In this document: in pieces, positions 34,069 to 43,324 of the stretch | Position numbering within the stretch: position 1 is the first letter of the stretch | How the letters are laid out: each line of letters opens with the position of its first letter | Origin: an uncultured Methanomassiliicoccales archaeon | GTDB lineage: Archaea; Thermoplasmatota; Thermoplasmata; Methanomassiliicoccales; UBA472 | Assembly (NCBI GenBank): GCA_963695345.1 | Contig: OY968769.1 | Coordinates: 160,001-224,000, forward strand | Length of the DNA stretch: 64,000 nt | Reading direction: 5' to 3' | Program-made: the position numbers and the translations under genes | Notes under the pieces: generated by a model | Databases searched by the model: none | Told to the model about the DNA's origin: nothing | What the model saw: only the letters and a program-made list of their open reading frames with translations

Positions 34069-34264
34069 AATGGCATTTTAAGGAGATCGTCAACTGCGGA
34101 AATGCAGAATGTACCACTCGACATTGCCGAGAACAAGCTAGATAAATGGCTTTATGCAGCTAGTTGTTCTCCAAAGAATTTTTCCAATATGTACCAGGGG
34201 AGAAGCTTAAAGGGAGCAATATCTTCCTACGTACGAATGAGAATATTCTGTCCGAGGATCAATA

Positions 34265-35491
34265 ATGTCAGATTCTGAAGTACCCGGCACTTATGTGGAA
34301 GAGACCTCGTTGACGGCAGAACCGATCGAGGCGCTCGGAACCGGCACGGTCGCGTTCATCGGCGGATCAGTTAAAGGGCCGATACTACAACCGACACTGG
34401 TGACCGATTGGGATCAATTCGAAGGGATTTTTGGTGGCGCGGACTTTTCCAAAAAAGGATTCTGTCTTGGGCATGCTGTCCACTTGTTCTTCCTGAACCA
34501 AGGCCAAGCGGCATATATAGTTCGAGTGGCCGAGGAATCACATCTCGAATCCTCGGGACGTAATAGTGTGGCATACCGGACCGGCCTACCCTGCTTGGAG
34601 AGCATTGATGAGGTAAATTTAGTGGCCATGCCCGATGCCATTGACATATTGGACCAGCAAGAATTAGTCAGACATTGCGAGAAGCTGCGTTACCGCTTCG
34701 CCATCCTTGATTCCCCTCCCGACCCTGAGATGCCTGGGGATGCACACGACGTCATATTGCGTAGGGATAAGATGGAATCGGTAAAGGGCTACGCGGCCAT
34801 CTATTGCCCCTGGATACAGGTGCAGGACGCCGAGACCAAACAGACCCGGATGGTCCCACCGTGCGGGGCTGTCGCCGGTGTCTATTCCAGAACCGATTCC
34901 CAGAAGGGTGTTCACAAGGCACCTGCGAACGAGCCGGTCATCGGAGCCGTGGACACCGAGGTGGCAATGGACCAGAGGGAGATGAACGATCTCAACCGCC
35001 TCGGCGTCAATGTGATCCGGAAGTTCACCGGGCGCGGGTTGCTGGTGTGGGGTTCCCGAACCACCTCAAACGATCCCATCTGGAAATATGTCCAGGTCCG
35101 AAGGACGGTCAACCACCTGGAACGATCGATCTCCAAAGGGACAGAATGGGCCGTCTTCGAACCCCATGACGAGATCACCTGGTCTGAGGTTAAGAGGTCA
35201 GTGGACGAATTCCTGACCAGATCGTGGAAGGATGGGATGTTGCTGGGCACGAGACCGGAGGAGGCCTTCATCGTCCGTTGCGACCGTACCACGATGACCC
35301 AGGCAGACATCGCCAATGAAAAGCTGATCATCGAGGTCGGTGTCGCGCTGATAAGGCCATCGGAACTCATGATATTCCGTGTTTCCCATGACATGGAAAG
35401 GGTGGGCCCGAGGAAGCTGGTCGATAAGACGCTCGATGCTCCCAAAAAGAAGAAGCACTACTATATGGCCAGGACGATGCCGAAGGACTGA
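34265..35491 (+). CDS. Contractile tail sheath protein (Afp/PVC/eCIS-type)
   Basis: PGTYVEE, AFIG..KGP, RFAILD, PPCGAVAG.Y.RTD..GVHKAPANE, LN..GVN.IR, WGSRT, W.Y..VRR, WAVFEP and AFIVRCDRTTMT motifs. Confidence 0.93.
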   Translation: MSDSEVPGTYVEETSLTAEPIEALGTGTVAFIGGSVKGPILQPTLVTDWDQFEGIFGGADFSKKGFCLGHAVHLFFLNQGQAAYIVRVAEESHLESSGRNSVAYRTGLPCLESIDEVNLVAMPDAIDILDQQELVRHCEKLRYRFAILDSPPDPEMPGDAHDVILRRDKMESVKGYAAIYCPWIQVQDAETKQTRMVPPCGAVAGVYSRTDSQKGVHKAPANEPVIGAVDTEVAMDQREMNDLNRLGVNVIRKFTGRGLLVWGSRTTSNDPIWKYVQVRRTVNHLERSISKGTEWAVFEPHDEITWSEVKRSVDEFLTRSWKDGMLLGTRPEEAFIVRCDRTTMTQADIANEKLIIEVGVALIRPSELMIFRVSHDMERVGPRKLVDKTLDAPKKKKHYYMARTMPKD

Positions 35492-35510
35492 ACTTTTTAT
35501 TGGAAGACCT

Positions 35511-36368
35511 TTACGAATCGAATGCCTGCTCCAGCCTCAATGAATGCTCGGCGCATGCCTTTCCTATCATCTTTTCCAATGACCGGGCGCTGTCCCGATC
35601 CGCCAAGGCCTTCTGGTACCGGTGGTTATAGGGTTCTGTCCCCATGAGCGGCAGCCTTGCCATGGCCTCTACCATCCCTGGCCGGTATCGCATCCGATCG
35701 ACCATCAGTCTCTTGGTGCCAGTAGCGGCGATCGACCGGACCAGGTCGTTAAGGTCGCCTTCCACCAGCATCGGCAGGACCGGCCCGACCATCGCATAGG
35801 TGTTCAGTCCGGCCTCGGTGATCTTCCGGAGAGCTTCGAGCCGGACCGATGGAAGAGGCGCCCCAGGTTCGAAAGCTCGTGAAATCCTGTCGTCGACCGA
35901 GGTTATGGTGATGCCCACTTCCGGTCTCTTCGTCGACGCTATCAGCTCGATATCCCTCACGACCAGGTCGGACTTGGTCAAGATCGAGATCGGATTGTCG
36001 TGACGGACGATCTCCATCAGGCATTTCCTTGTGACCAGACAGCTCTTCTCCAGCGGCTGGTAGGGGTCGGTGACGGTCCCGATGCCGATCACTCCCCGCT
36101 TATTCCTGATCTCCTTGGCCAATAGCGTGGGCAGGTTCGAACGCACCCCGACCTCCTTCCCCCATTTCACCGGGTCCTTGTGCAGCACGTCCGGCGCAAA
36201 GCAGTAGATGCAGTCATGCTCACATCCGACATATGGATTGAGTGCGTAGTCCATCCCGGGCAGGTTCGACCTGGGCAATGCGGTCGACGCCCTTACTTCG
36301 TACGCCTTTACGGTGGGCAGAGGCATTCTGTCCTCCATCATGAAGAAGTCCAGGTCACGCGTAATCAT
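35511..36368 (-). CDS. SPL-like radical SAM protein (Rv2578c/DNA-repair-associated type)
   Basis: LNPYVGCEHDCIYCFA, GTVTDPYQP.E, LTKS, RD and FEPGAP....RL motifs. Confidence 0.88.
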   Translation of the reverse strand: MITRDLDFFMMEDRMPLPTVKAYEVRASTALPRSNLPGMDYALNPYVGCEHDCIYCFAPDVLHKDPVKWGKEVGVRSNLPTLLAKEIRNKRGVIGIGTVTDPYQPLEKSCLVTRKCLMEIVRHDNPISILTKSDLVVRDIELIASTKRPEVGITITSVDDRISRAFEPGAPLPSVRLEALRKITEAGLNTYAMVGPVLPMLVEGDLNDLVRSIAATGTKRLMVDRMRYRPGMVEAMARLPLMGTEPYNHRYQKALADRDSARSLEKMIGKACAEHSLRLEQAFDS

Positions 36369-37650
36369 CGATCCTCCTCTGCCTCATGAAGTCCTTCACG
36401 ACCTCGCTGGTCTCGATCCACCGGGACAATGGGATGTCCATCCTTCCCTGCACATGGGCCAGCGCCTCGTTCATCGTGTTGAACTTCGAGGGAGGCATGG
36501 TCAGCGCCTTCCGGACGTTCTCGCGCACGTTCCACACACCGACCGGCATGATGTAACCCGGATGCGCCTCGCGGAATATGACCGCCCCGGCCTGGCGGCG
36601 CTCTTTCATTAGAACTTCGTTGCAGGCCATGCGCGCCGCGTAGTAGCAGCCGCCTATCTCAGCGTAGTCCTTTCTCCCTTCGTAGAACTCGTGTGACGAT
36701 ATGATCTCGATCTGCTTGCCCAGGGGGTTCCAGACCGTGTTCGGGTACCAGGCCTCGATCAGCTCATAGCGCCACGACGTGGGCATGAACATGACGCACC
36801 AGCGGTTGTCCAGCTGGTCCCAGTCATAGATGCGGAACTCGTTGATCAGCGGATACGTCTTGGTATGCTTGAGCATGTCCTTGCCGATCATGTCGTCGAC
36901 GGCGGTGATGCTCCACCGGGTCGGCACCAGCTTGCGGTTCTTCTCCAGGCCGAACGCGCCCACGCTGAACGCCTTCTGCAGCCGGGAGATCATGACGCCG
37001 TTCTTGTACAGGTCGGTGACCGCCTGTGTTGCCAGCAGGTCGGTGTCGTAGTACGCTTTCTCGATCTTGTGGTCGTACTTGGGGTTGGTGATGCTCAGCT
37101 TCTCCAGACGAGCGGAGGGACCGAACGGCTGGATCTCGTCGTCCAGGACTATCTTGCCGGATGGACGTTTGGCGAAGTTCGCCTCGACGTCGACGGAGTT
37201 GATGGAAAGGCCTAGCTCCCGGGTGAAGTCGACTATCTTGCCCCCGTTCTGGAAGTCCTTCACCGAGACGCTGTATTTGCCTCGTACCAACTTGAACCGG
37301 AAGTCGACTATCTCCTGGATCGATTTTCCCATCCACTGTTCAGGAGTGTCCATGATGGAGGTGTCGCCCATCTCCGGCGGGACCAGTGGCCCGATGTCTA
37401 CCTTTGGATAGCCATAGCGGCCTACGAAGACCCCTGGGGGCGTACTGCCTGCCAGGTCCAGGCTGTCAATGAGCTTGCGGGTCCTCGACTGGGAATAGAA
37501 CTTGACCATCAACGCGCAGGTGGGCTTGCCGCAGAGGTTCTTGGAACCCTTGCAGATGACGCAGGGGCTTCCTCGTGAAGGGGCTGCGCTGGTCGATGCC
37601 AATGAATTGAACAATGCCTTTGAACCGACTGGAGCGCTGGGCGTTGCCAT
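36355..37650 (-). CDS. nreA: Nre-family archaeal DNA repair protein
   Basis: CxxCKG...LCG...C, VFVGRYGYPKV.IGP, LVPTRWSITAVD, GGCYYA, PVGVWNVRE and a C-terminal PIP-like QRRIDDY. Confidence 0.93.
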   Translation of the reverse strand: MATPSAPVGSKALFNSLASTSAAPSRGSPCVICKGSKNLCGKPTCALMVKFYSQSRTRKLIDSLDLAGSTPPGVFVGRYGYPKVDIGPLVPPEMGDTSIMDTPEQWMGKSIQEIVDFRFKLVRGKYSVSVKDFQNGGKIVDFTRELGLSINSVDVEANFAKRPSGKIVLDDEIQPFGPSARLEKLSITNPKYDHKIEKAYYDTDLLATQAVTDLYKNGVMISRLQKAFSVGAFGLEKNRKLVPTRWSITAVDDMIGKDMLKHTKTYPLINEFRIYDWDQLDNRWCVMFMPTSWRYELIEAWYPNTVWNPLGKQIEIISSHEFYEGRKDYAEIGGCYYAARMACNEVLMKERRQAGAVIFREAHPGYIMPVGVWNVRENVRKALTMPPSKFNTMNEALAHVQGRMDIPLSRWIETSEVVKDFMRQRRIDDYA

Positions 37651-37924
37651 TATGTTCCATTGCTAGCCGGAACGGGGTATTTGACCTTAACCCCCGGCTC
37701 ACCGAATGGATATGATGCAAGGGACGCGGTCGAAGGGCCCCAGGAGATAGCCATTCGAAGTTCGCTCATTGGGGGCCTAAGAATTCATTCCTATTTACAG
37801 GGCAGAGCGAGGTAGGCAGGTTCGGGGAAAGGGGTGTGCTGAAACTCGACAATCCGCCTCTCCAACAGCATACCTGTAAAGCATGATATTCGTTCATTGC
37901 ATCATTTTATGATAAACTGGGACA

Positions 37925-40514
37925 ATGGGGTTGCTCAAAGGACTAAATCATTCTTTTAAATGGGGGTCGAAAATGTTGGAGAATGGAAAGATCGTCGTCG
38001 CAGGTGATGTGACCATAGATTGGATACAGTGGGTAACGAAACAAGGCGAATATCCAGATGGCACAATATCGTTTAACTGGACCTTGTTTCCGGGCACACG
38101 AATGAAGGCTGAGCCGGGGGGAGCCATTCTTATAGCCCGAATGGTGAGAACGGCGACGAACGTCGAGGTCGCGACCCATGAATTGTCAGGTATCGAAAAC
38201 ATTCCTCCGGAAAAGGTCCTCCATTCCATTGTCCTTCTCGATTCTTATCCTATTACTGTCGAAGGAAAGGAGAAGGTCTATCGTGTTAAGCAGCAAGGTG
38301 GCTTCAGCGGGCCTCTGAACGGAGGATTGAGGCCGCTACCAATAGTCAATGACGATGCAGGCACCCGTCTGGTCATCCTGGACGATGCAGGAAATGGTTT
38401 TCGCGACGATCGGACTGAATGGCCACAGGCGATCCTGAAAAATGGAAAATGAACCGATGATCATCCTCAAGATGATTCGACCTCTGGCCTCAGGAGCTTT
38501 ATGGGACCATCTGGTGGCCGAACATGCGGAGAATCTGATAGTCGTCATAAATGCCAACGACCTCAGGGAGATGGGAGTCAATATCAGTGGACGACTCTCC
38601 TGGGAGCAGACCGCTGAGGACTTCTCATGGCAGATTGTCAACAATCCCCGAATAAGGTCCCTCGCTGCCTGTAAGAACCTCATAGTGCGATTCGGGCTGG
38701 ATGGGGCAATTCAATACTCGAACAATGATGGTAAGATCAAGGCTGCTCTTTTTTTCGATCCAAAATCATGCGAAGATGAGTTCAAAGAACATCTAAAAGG
38801 AGAGATGCAGGGTGAGATGGCGGCCTTCGTGGCCGCGCTCGCCTCGAGAATTAATGGTGAAGGTTTAGATGGTATCGAAGGCGGGATATGCGATGGCATC
38901 CTAAGGTCCAGACAGCTGCTGAGATCGGGGTTCGGGCCCGCCAATAGGGAACCTGCTTACCCCATATCGGCAATCTTCGGATCGAGCATCGATGCGAAGA
39001 CCATATGCAAGGTTCACATACCAACTTTCATTAACAAAGGGTCGAACGATGGAGACAACTGGAGGATACTCGAGGAGTGCACCAGGGGACGATTGGAGTC
39101 CATCGCCTACCAAGCGGTTCTAAAACCGACCGAGGAGTCTATGGACGCGGCTCCCAACGCCAGGTTCGGGGCGCTTTTCACCTTCGATAGGATCGAGATC
39201 GAGAGCTATCGCAGCATCAGGAACCTGATGACCGAGTATCTGGAACGGAAGGATGCCAAGGCTCCTCTCTCCATGGCGGTGTTCGGACCGCCGGGTTCGG
39301 GAAGTCATTCGGGGTGACACAACTGGCAATGGGCATCGATCCCGAAAGGGTTGTCAAAATGGAGTTCAATGTCGCCCAGTTCACCTCCGTCGATGACCTT
39401 ACCGACGCGTTCCACAAGCTAAGGGACCTGGTACTTGAGGGTAAGGTCCCCTTGGTATTCTTCGACGAGTTCGATGCCTCGTTCAATGGGGAACTGGGAT
39501 GGCTCAAGTATTTCCTGGCCCCGATGCAGGACGGCCTGTTCAAGGACGGGGAGACGATGCACCCTGTTGGCAAATCGATCTTTGTCTTCGCTGGAGGGAC
39601 GAGCAACACCTTCCAGCAGTTCTCCAGGGAGCACCGTCGATGGATAGACGGTTGACGATGAAAGCATGCTGAAGAAGTTCAGGGAAGCAAAAGGAACGGA
39701 CTTTGTCAGCAGACTAAGAGGCTACGTCAACGTCATGGGACCGAACCGTGCTGGGGATGACGACGCGTTTTTCATCATCAGGAGGGCGCTGCTCTTCCGT
39801 TCTCTGCTGGAGAGAAAAGCACCGCAAATTTTCGATGACCGCGGAAACGCGCGGATCGACCCGGGAGTTCTGCGCGGCTTCCTGAAAGTCCCGACGTACA
39901 AGCACGGGGCGAGATCGATGGAGGCGATCATCGATATGAGCATACTTGCGGGGAAGATACGTTACGATCAAGCGTGCCTGCCGCCGGCCAAACAGCTCGA
40001 TCTCCATGTCGACTCGGCGATGTTCTCAAAGCTCGTCCTGCGTGATGTTCTCTTCGGCGACGCAATGGAACGTCTGGCGAGAGCGATATACGAACAATAT
40101 CACATCGATCAGAAGGATAAGCAGTACCCCGACGAAGCGGCCATGCAGCCGTGGGGAAGCTTGGGGGAGGACCTAAGGCGATCCAATCGAGAGCAGGCGC
40201 AACAGATCCCTGAAAAGCTCCTACGTATTGGCTACGATTTCATGCCATTTTCAGAGAGACCAACAACATCCCTCGTCCTATCAGACGAACAACTTGAGGT
40301 CCTCGCAGAAATGGAGCATCAGAGATGGGTCGCTGAACGATTGGAGGAAGGATGGACCTATGGAAATCCACGAGACCCGGAAAGGAGGGTCAGCCCTTAC
40401 CTGGTTCCCTGGCAGGAGCTAAACGAGGAAGTGAAGGGCTGGGACAGGAACGCGGTGAGAAAAATTCCCGATCTTCTAATGATGGCGGGTTTCGAGGCAT
40501 ATAGATTACAATGA
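37925..40514 (+). CDS. PfkB-like/AAA-ATPase/RyR-domain protein (frameshifts near 38440, 39300, 39655)
   Basis: IVVAGDVTIDW (ribokinase-like start), Walker A GPPGSG(KS) split by a frameshift, Walker B VFFDEFD, FLAPMQDG, DFVSRLRG, and C-terminal RyR EHQRW..ER..EGW.YG...PYLVPW.EL. Confidence 0.8.
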
Positions 40515-40841
40515 ATTTGAGGACTTGTGGCTGACAAAGCATTCCAAGAATTTCGACATAGTTTGAATGCGATCCACCATGATTTACATGGCGCCAATCG
40601 ATAGCCCATTGCTCAAGATACGAACTACTATCAATTCCATTTAAAGAAGGTTAGTCCATCTTCATTATTAATATAATATATTTAAAGGAATTAAAGTTAC
40701 GTTCGGCAACAACCTTTTGGAAGGGCGGGACGAATGCTCAATTGAAATGAGCTCCCTAGCCTCCTATTTATTCCATTGTTAGTCATTATCTAGTTACACA
40801 ATTATGGTTTGCAGAGATCGGGGGCAGGGGAGGTCCAATTC

Positions 40842-41546
40842 GTGTTTGGTAAACCGAATATTGTGAAGATGGAGCAGAACAAAGATATCGAGGGGCTCAT
40901 CAAAGCGTTGATCTATGAAAAGGATGACAAGATCCGATCTGACGCTGCCGTGGCCCTCAGCCACATAGGAGACCTTCGTGCCGTTGAACCTTTATTGAGA
41001 GCAACAAACGATTCTGACCATCGCGTTCGTTCAGTGGCAGCGGTTGCCATAAACGATATCCGGAAAAATCATAGTAAAGAAGATGGAGAAAAAACGGTCA
41101 GACCAGAAAAAGGTGCAATTTCTTCTAACAATTCTGCGATTGAAAGTAAAGTCGAAAAAAAAACTGAGGGAGGCCATCCAAAAGATGTTTGGGGCGGTTC
41201 CGAACCGATTGATGGAAGAGTCGATGACACCAAGAAGCGTTCCATCACTGTCTTCGTCTCCTCCACTTTCAGAGACATGCAGGCCGAGCGGGACGATCTC
41301 CTAGAAGAGGACTTCTCCGAACTTAGGAAAATCTGCGAACAGCGTGACGTGACATGGGGAGAGGTCGACCTTCGCTGGGGCATAACCGATGATGAGAAAG
41401 CGGAAGGAAAGGTCCTTCCCATCTGCCTGGCAGAGATCGATCGCTGCAGACCTTACTTCATCGGTATGCTCGGGGAGAGATCCGGATACGGTTCATGTGG
41501 TTCATTTGCGCTATTTTGTCAGCTAGATTTTATAAATTCTCGGTAA
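40842..41546 (+). CDS. HEAT-repeat plus N-terminal part of a DUF4062 (TIR-like) domain
   Basis: DIEGLIKAL...RSDAAVAL..IGDLRAVEPL (HEAT), then VFVSSTFRDMQAERD...VDLRWGI...ICLAEIDRCRPYFIGMLGER (DUF4062). Confidence 0.85.
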   Translation: MFGKPNIVKMEQNKDIEGLIKALIYEKDDKIRSDAAVALSHIGDLRAVEPLLRATNDSDHRVRSVAAVAINDIRKNHSKEDGEKTVRPEKGAISSNNSAIESKVEKKTEGGHPKDVWGGSEPIDGRVDDTKKRSITVFVSSTFRDMQAERDDLLEEDFSELRKICEQRDVTWGEVDLRWGITDDEKAEGKVLPICLAEIDRCRPYFIGMLGERSGYGSCGSFALFCQLDFINSR

Positions 41547-43066
41547 GAACTTGCGAATTATGGAGGCTTCTACTGAAGCAGGCATGCCTATACAGCCAAG
41601 CTAACGTCCTCTATTTCCAAGGCGATCCGGTAGGGGCCATGGCGCTCTACAAGGAACAGGAGCGGATATGCCGGGAAATGGACTACAAGGACAGCCTACG
41701 AGCAAGCCTTGGGAGCCAAGCGAATATTCTTTGTGATCGAGGTGAGCTGGACGGAGCTATGGCTCTGCATAAGGAAGAGGAACGATTGTGCCGGGAACTG
41801 GGCTACAAAGATGGCCTACGAGCAAGCCTTGGGAGCCAAGCTGGCGTTCTATACATTCGAAACAATCTTGACGGAGCTATGGCTCTGCATAAGGAAGAGG
41901 AACGATTGTGCCGGGAACTGGGCAATAAGGATGGCCTGCAGAGATGCGTGGGCAACCAGGCAAATGTTCTTCGTGTTCGGGGAGAGCTGGATGGAGCAAT
42001 GAGGCTTCTCAAGGCACAGGAATGCATATGCCGGGAATTGGGTAACAGAGAGGGCTTGCAGAAATGCCAGGGCAACCAGGCGAAGGTCCTTCGCGCTCGG
42101 GGGGACCTGGTTGGCGCTATGGCGCTCTACAAGGAACAGGAGCGGATATGCCGGGAAATGAGCAAAAAGGAAGGCCTGCAGACGTGCCTTTGGAACCAAG
42201 CTCTCATCCTTCGCGCTCGGGGGGACCTGGTTGGCGCTATGGCGCTCTACAAGGAACAGGAGCGGATATGCCGGGAAATGAGCTACAAAGATAGTCTGCA
42301 GGCATGTCTGGGCAACCAGGCGACCCTCCTTTGTGATCAACGCGAGCTTGTCGGAGCCATGGCACTATACAAAGAACAGGAGCGGATGTGCCAGGAAATG
42401 AACAACCGGGACGGCCTGCAGATATGTCTGGGCAACCAGGCAAAGGTACTTCGCGCTCGAGGGGATCGGGACGGGGCCATGAGGCTGCTCAAGGAACAGG
42501 AGCGGATATGCCAGGAAATGAACAACCGGGACGGTCTGCAAAAGTGCCTCAGCGAACAGGCGATCGTCCTTTGCAGTCGGGGGGACCTGAATGGAGCCAT
42601 AGCGTTCCACATAGAACAGGAGCGGATGGGCCGCGACATGGGCAATAAGGAAAACATATCGAGAAACCTAGGCAACCAAGCTGGTGCCCTCTTTACCCGG
42701 GGAGATCTGGACGGATCCATGAGGTTGCTCAAGGAACAAGAGCGAATGTTCCTAGAAGTGAACAACCGGGACGGCCTGCAGATATGTCTGGGCAACCAGG
42801 CAAAGGTACTTCGCGCTCGAGGGGATCGTGACGGGGCCATGAGGCTGCTCAAGGAACAGGAGCGGATGTGCCGGGAATTGGGTGATAAAGAGAGCCTTAC
42901 CAATGCCCTCATCAAGCAATCCCTTCTTCTAGCTGAATTGAAACGATCGAAGGAGGCCATATTGATCGCCGAGGAGGCATATAGAACCGCATATGAACTT
43001 CGCAATTTCGCTCTAGCCAAACATATTGAATCGATGCTAATTCGAATTCGTAATGAAACACCATGA
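41495..43066 (+). CDS. TPR-like solenoid with 11 near-identical 40-aa repeats
   Basis: Repeated G.LDGAM.L.KEQERICRE.GN.DGLQ.CLGNQA..L. Confidence 0.85.
   Translation: MWFICAILSARFYKFSVRTCELWRLLLKQACLYSQANVLYFQGDPVGAMALYKEQERICREMDYKDSLRASLGSQANILCDRGELDGAMALHKEEERLCRELGYKDGLRASLGSQAGVLYIRNNLDGAMALHKEEERLCRELGNKDGLQRCVGNQANVLRVRGELDGAMRLLKAQECICRELGNREGLQKCQGNQAKVLRARGDLVGAMALYKEQERICREMSKKEGLQTCLWNQALILRARGDLVGAMALYKEQERICREMSYKDSLQACLGNQATLLCDQRELVGAMALYKEQERMCQEMNNRDGLQICLGNQAKVLRARGDRDGAMRLLKEQERICQEMNNRDGLQKCLSEQAIVLCSRGDLNGAIAFHIEQERMGRDMGNKENISRNLGNQAGALFTRGDLDGSMRLLKEQERMFLEVNNRDGLQICLGNQAKVLRARGDRDGAMRLLKEQERMCRELGDKESLTNALIKQSLLLAELKRSKEAILIAEEAYRTAYELRNFALAKHIESMLIRIRNETP
41581..42920 (+). 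repeat. 120-bp coding tandem repeat, 11 copies
   Basis: For example GGCGCTCTACAAGGAACAGGAGCGGATATGCCGGGAAATG is identical at 41641, 42121 and 42241. The period is exactly 120 bp. Confidence 0.92.
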
Positions 43067-43324
43067 AAGATGTCGAGTGGATTCATCGACTCAATTGATG
43101 GTCCAGCAATGCGGCATCGGCCATCTATCTGCGATTCAACTTGGGCAAATATTCGCTCATGATTGTGAGAGTGTGAATATTGCCTCAGGTATCGACATTG
43201 ATCCCGCTTTTCATCTCATACTCAGAGTAATGTTAGGCCGTTTGTTAGGCGCGTTATGGATATTTCAGGCCATCACTATTTGATATGATATAAGAGCAGA
43301 TATCATTGCCAGACATACCCTTTC

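Noticed and set aside
30582-36368. RiPP cluster made of the ABC exporter, Cys-rich peptide and radical SAM
   Set aside because: The radical SAM is SPL-like, lacks SPASM/RRE features and is coupled to nre on the opposite strand.
33331-37650. Provirus around the tail sheath gene
   Set aside because: No capsid, portal, terminase, tube or integrase genes are adjacent, and the neighbours are cellular genes.
37660-37900. GC-rich hairpins as SRP or RNase P RNA
   Set aside because: The SRP helix-8 and RNase P P4 consensus motifs were not found. Only short generic stems are present.
41581-42920. 120-bp periodic repeat as a CRISPR or other non-coding array
   Set aside because: It is a fully open reading frame encoding TPR-like units, with no repeat-spacer structure and no cas genes.
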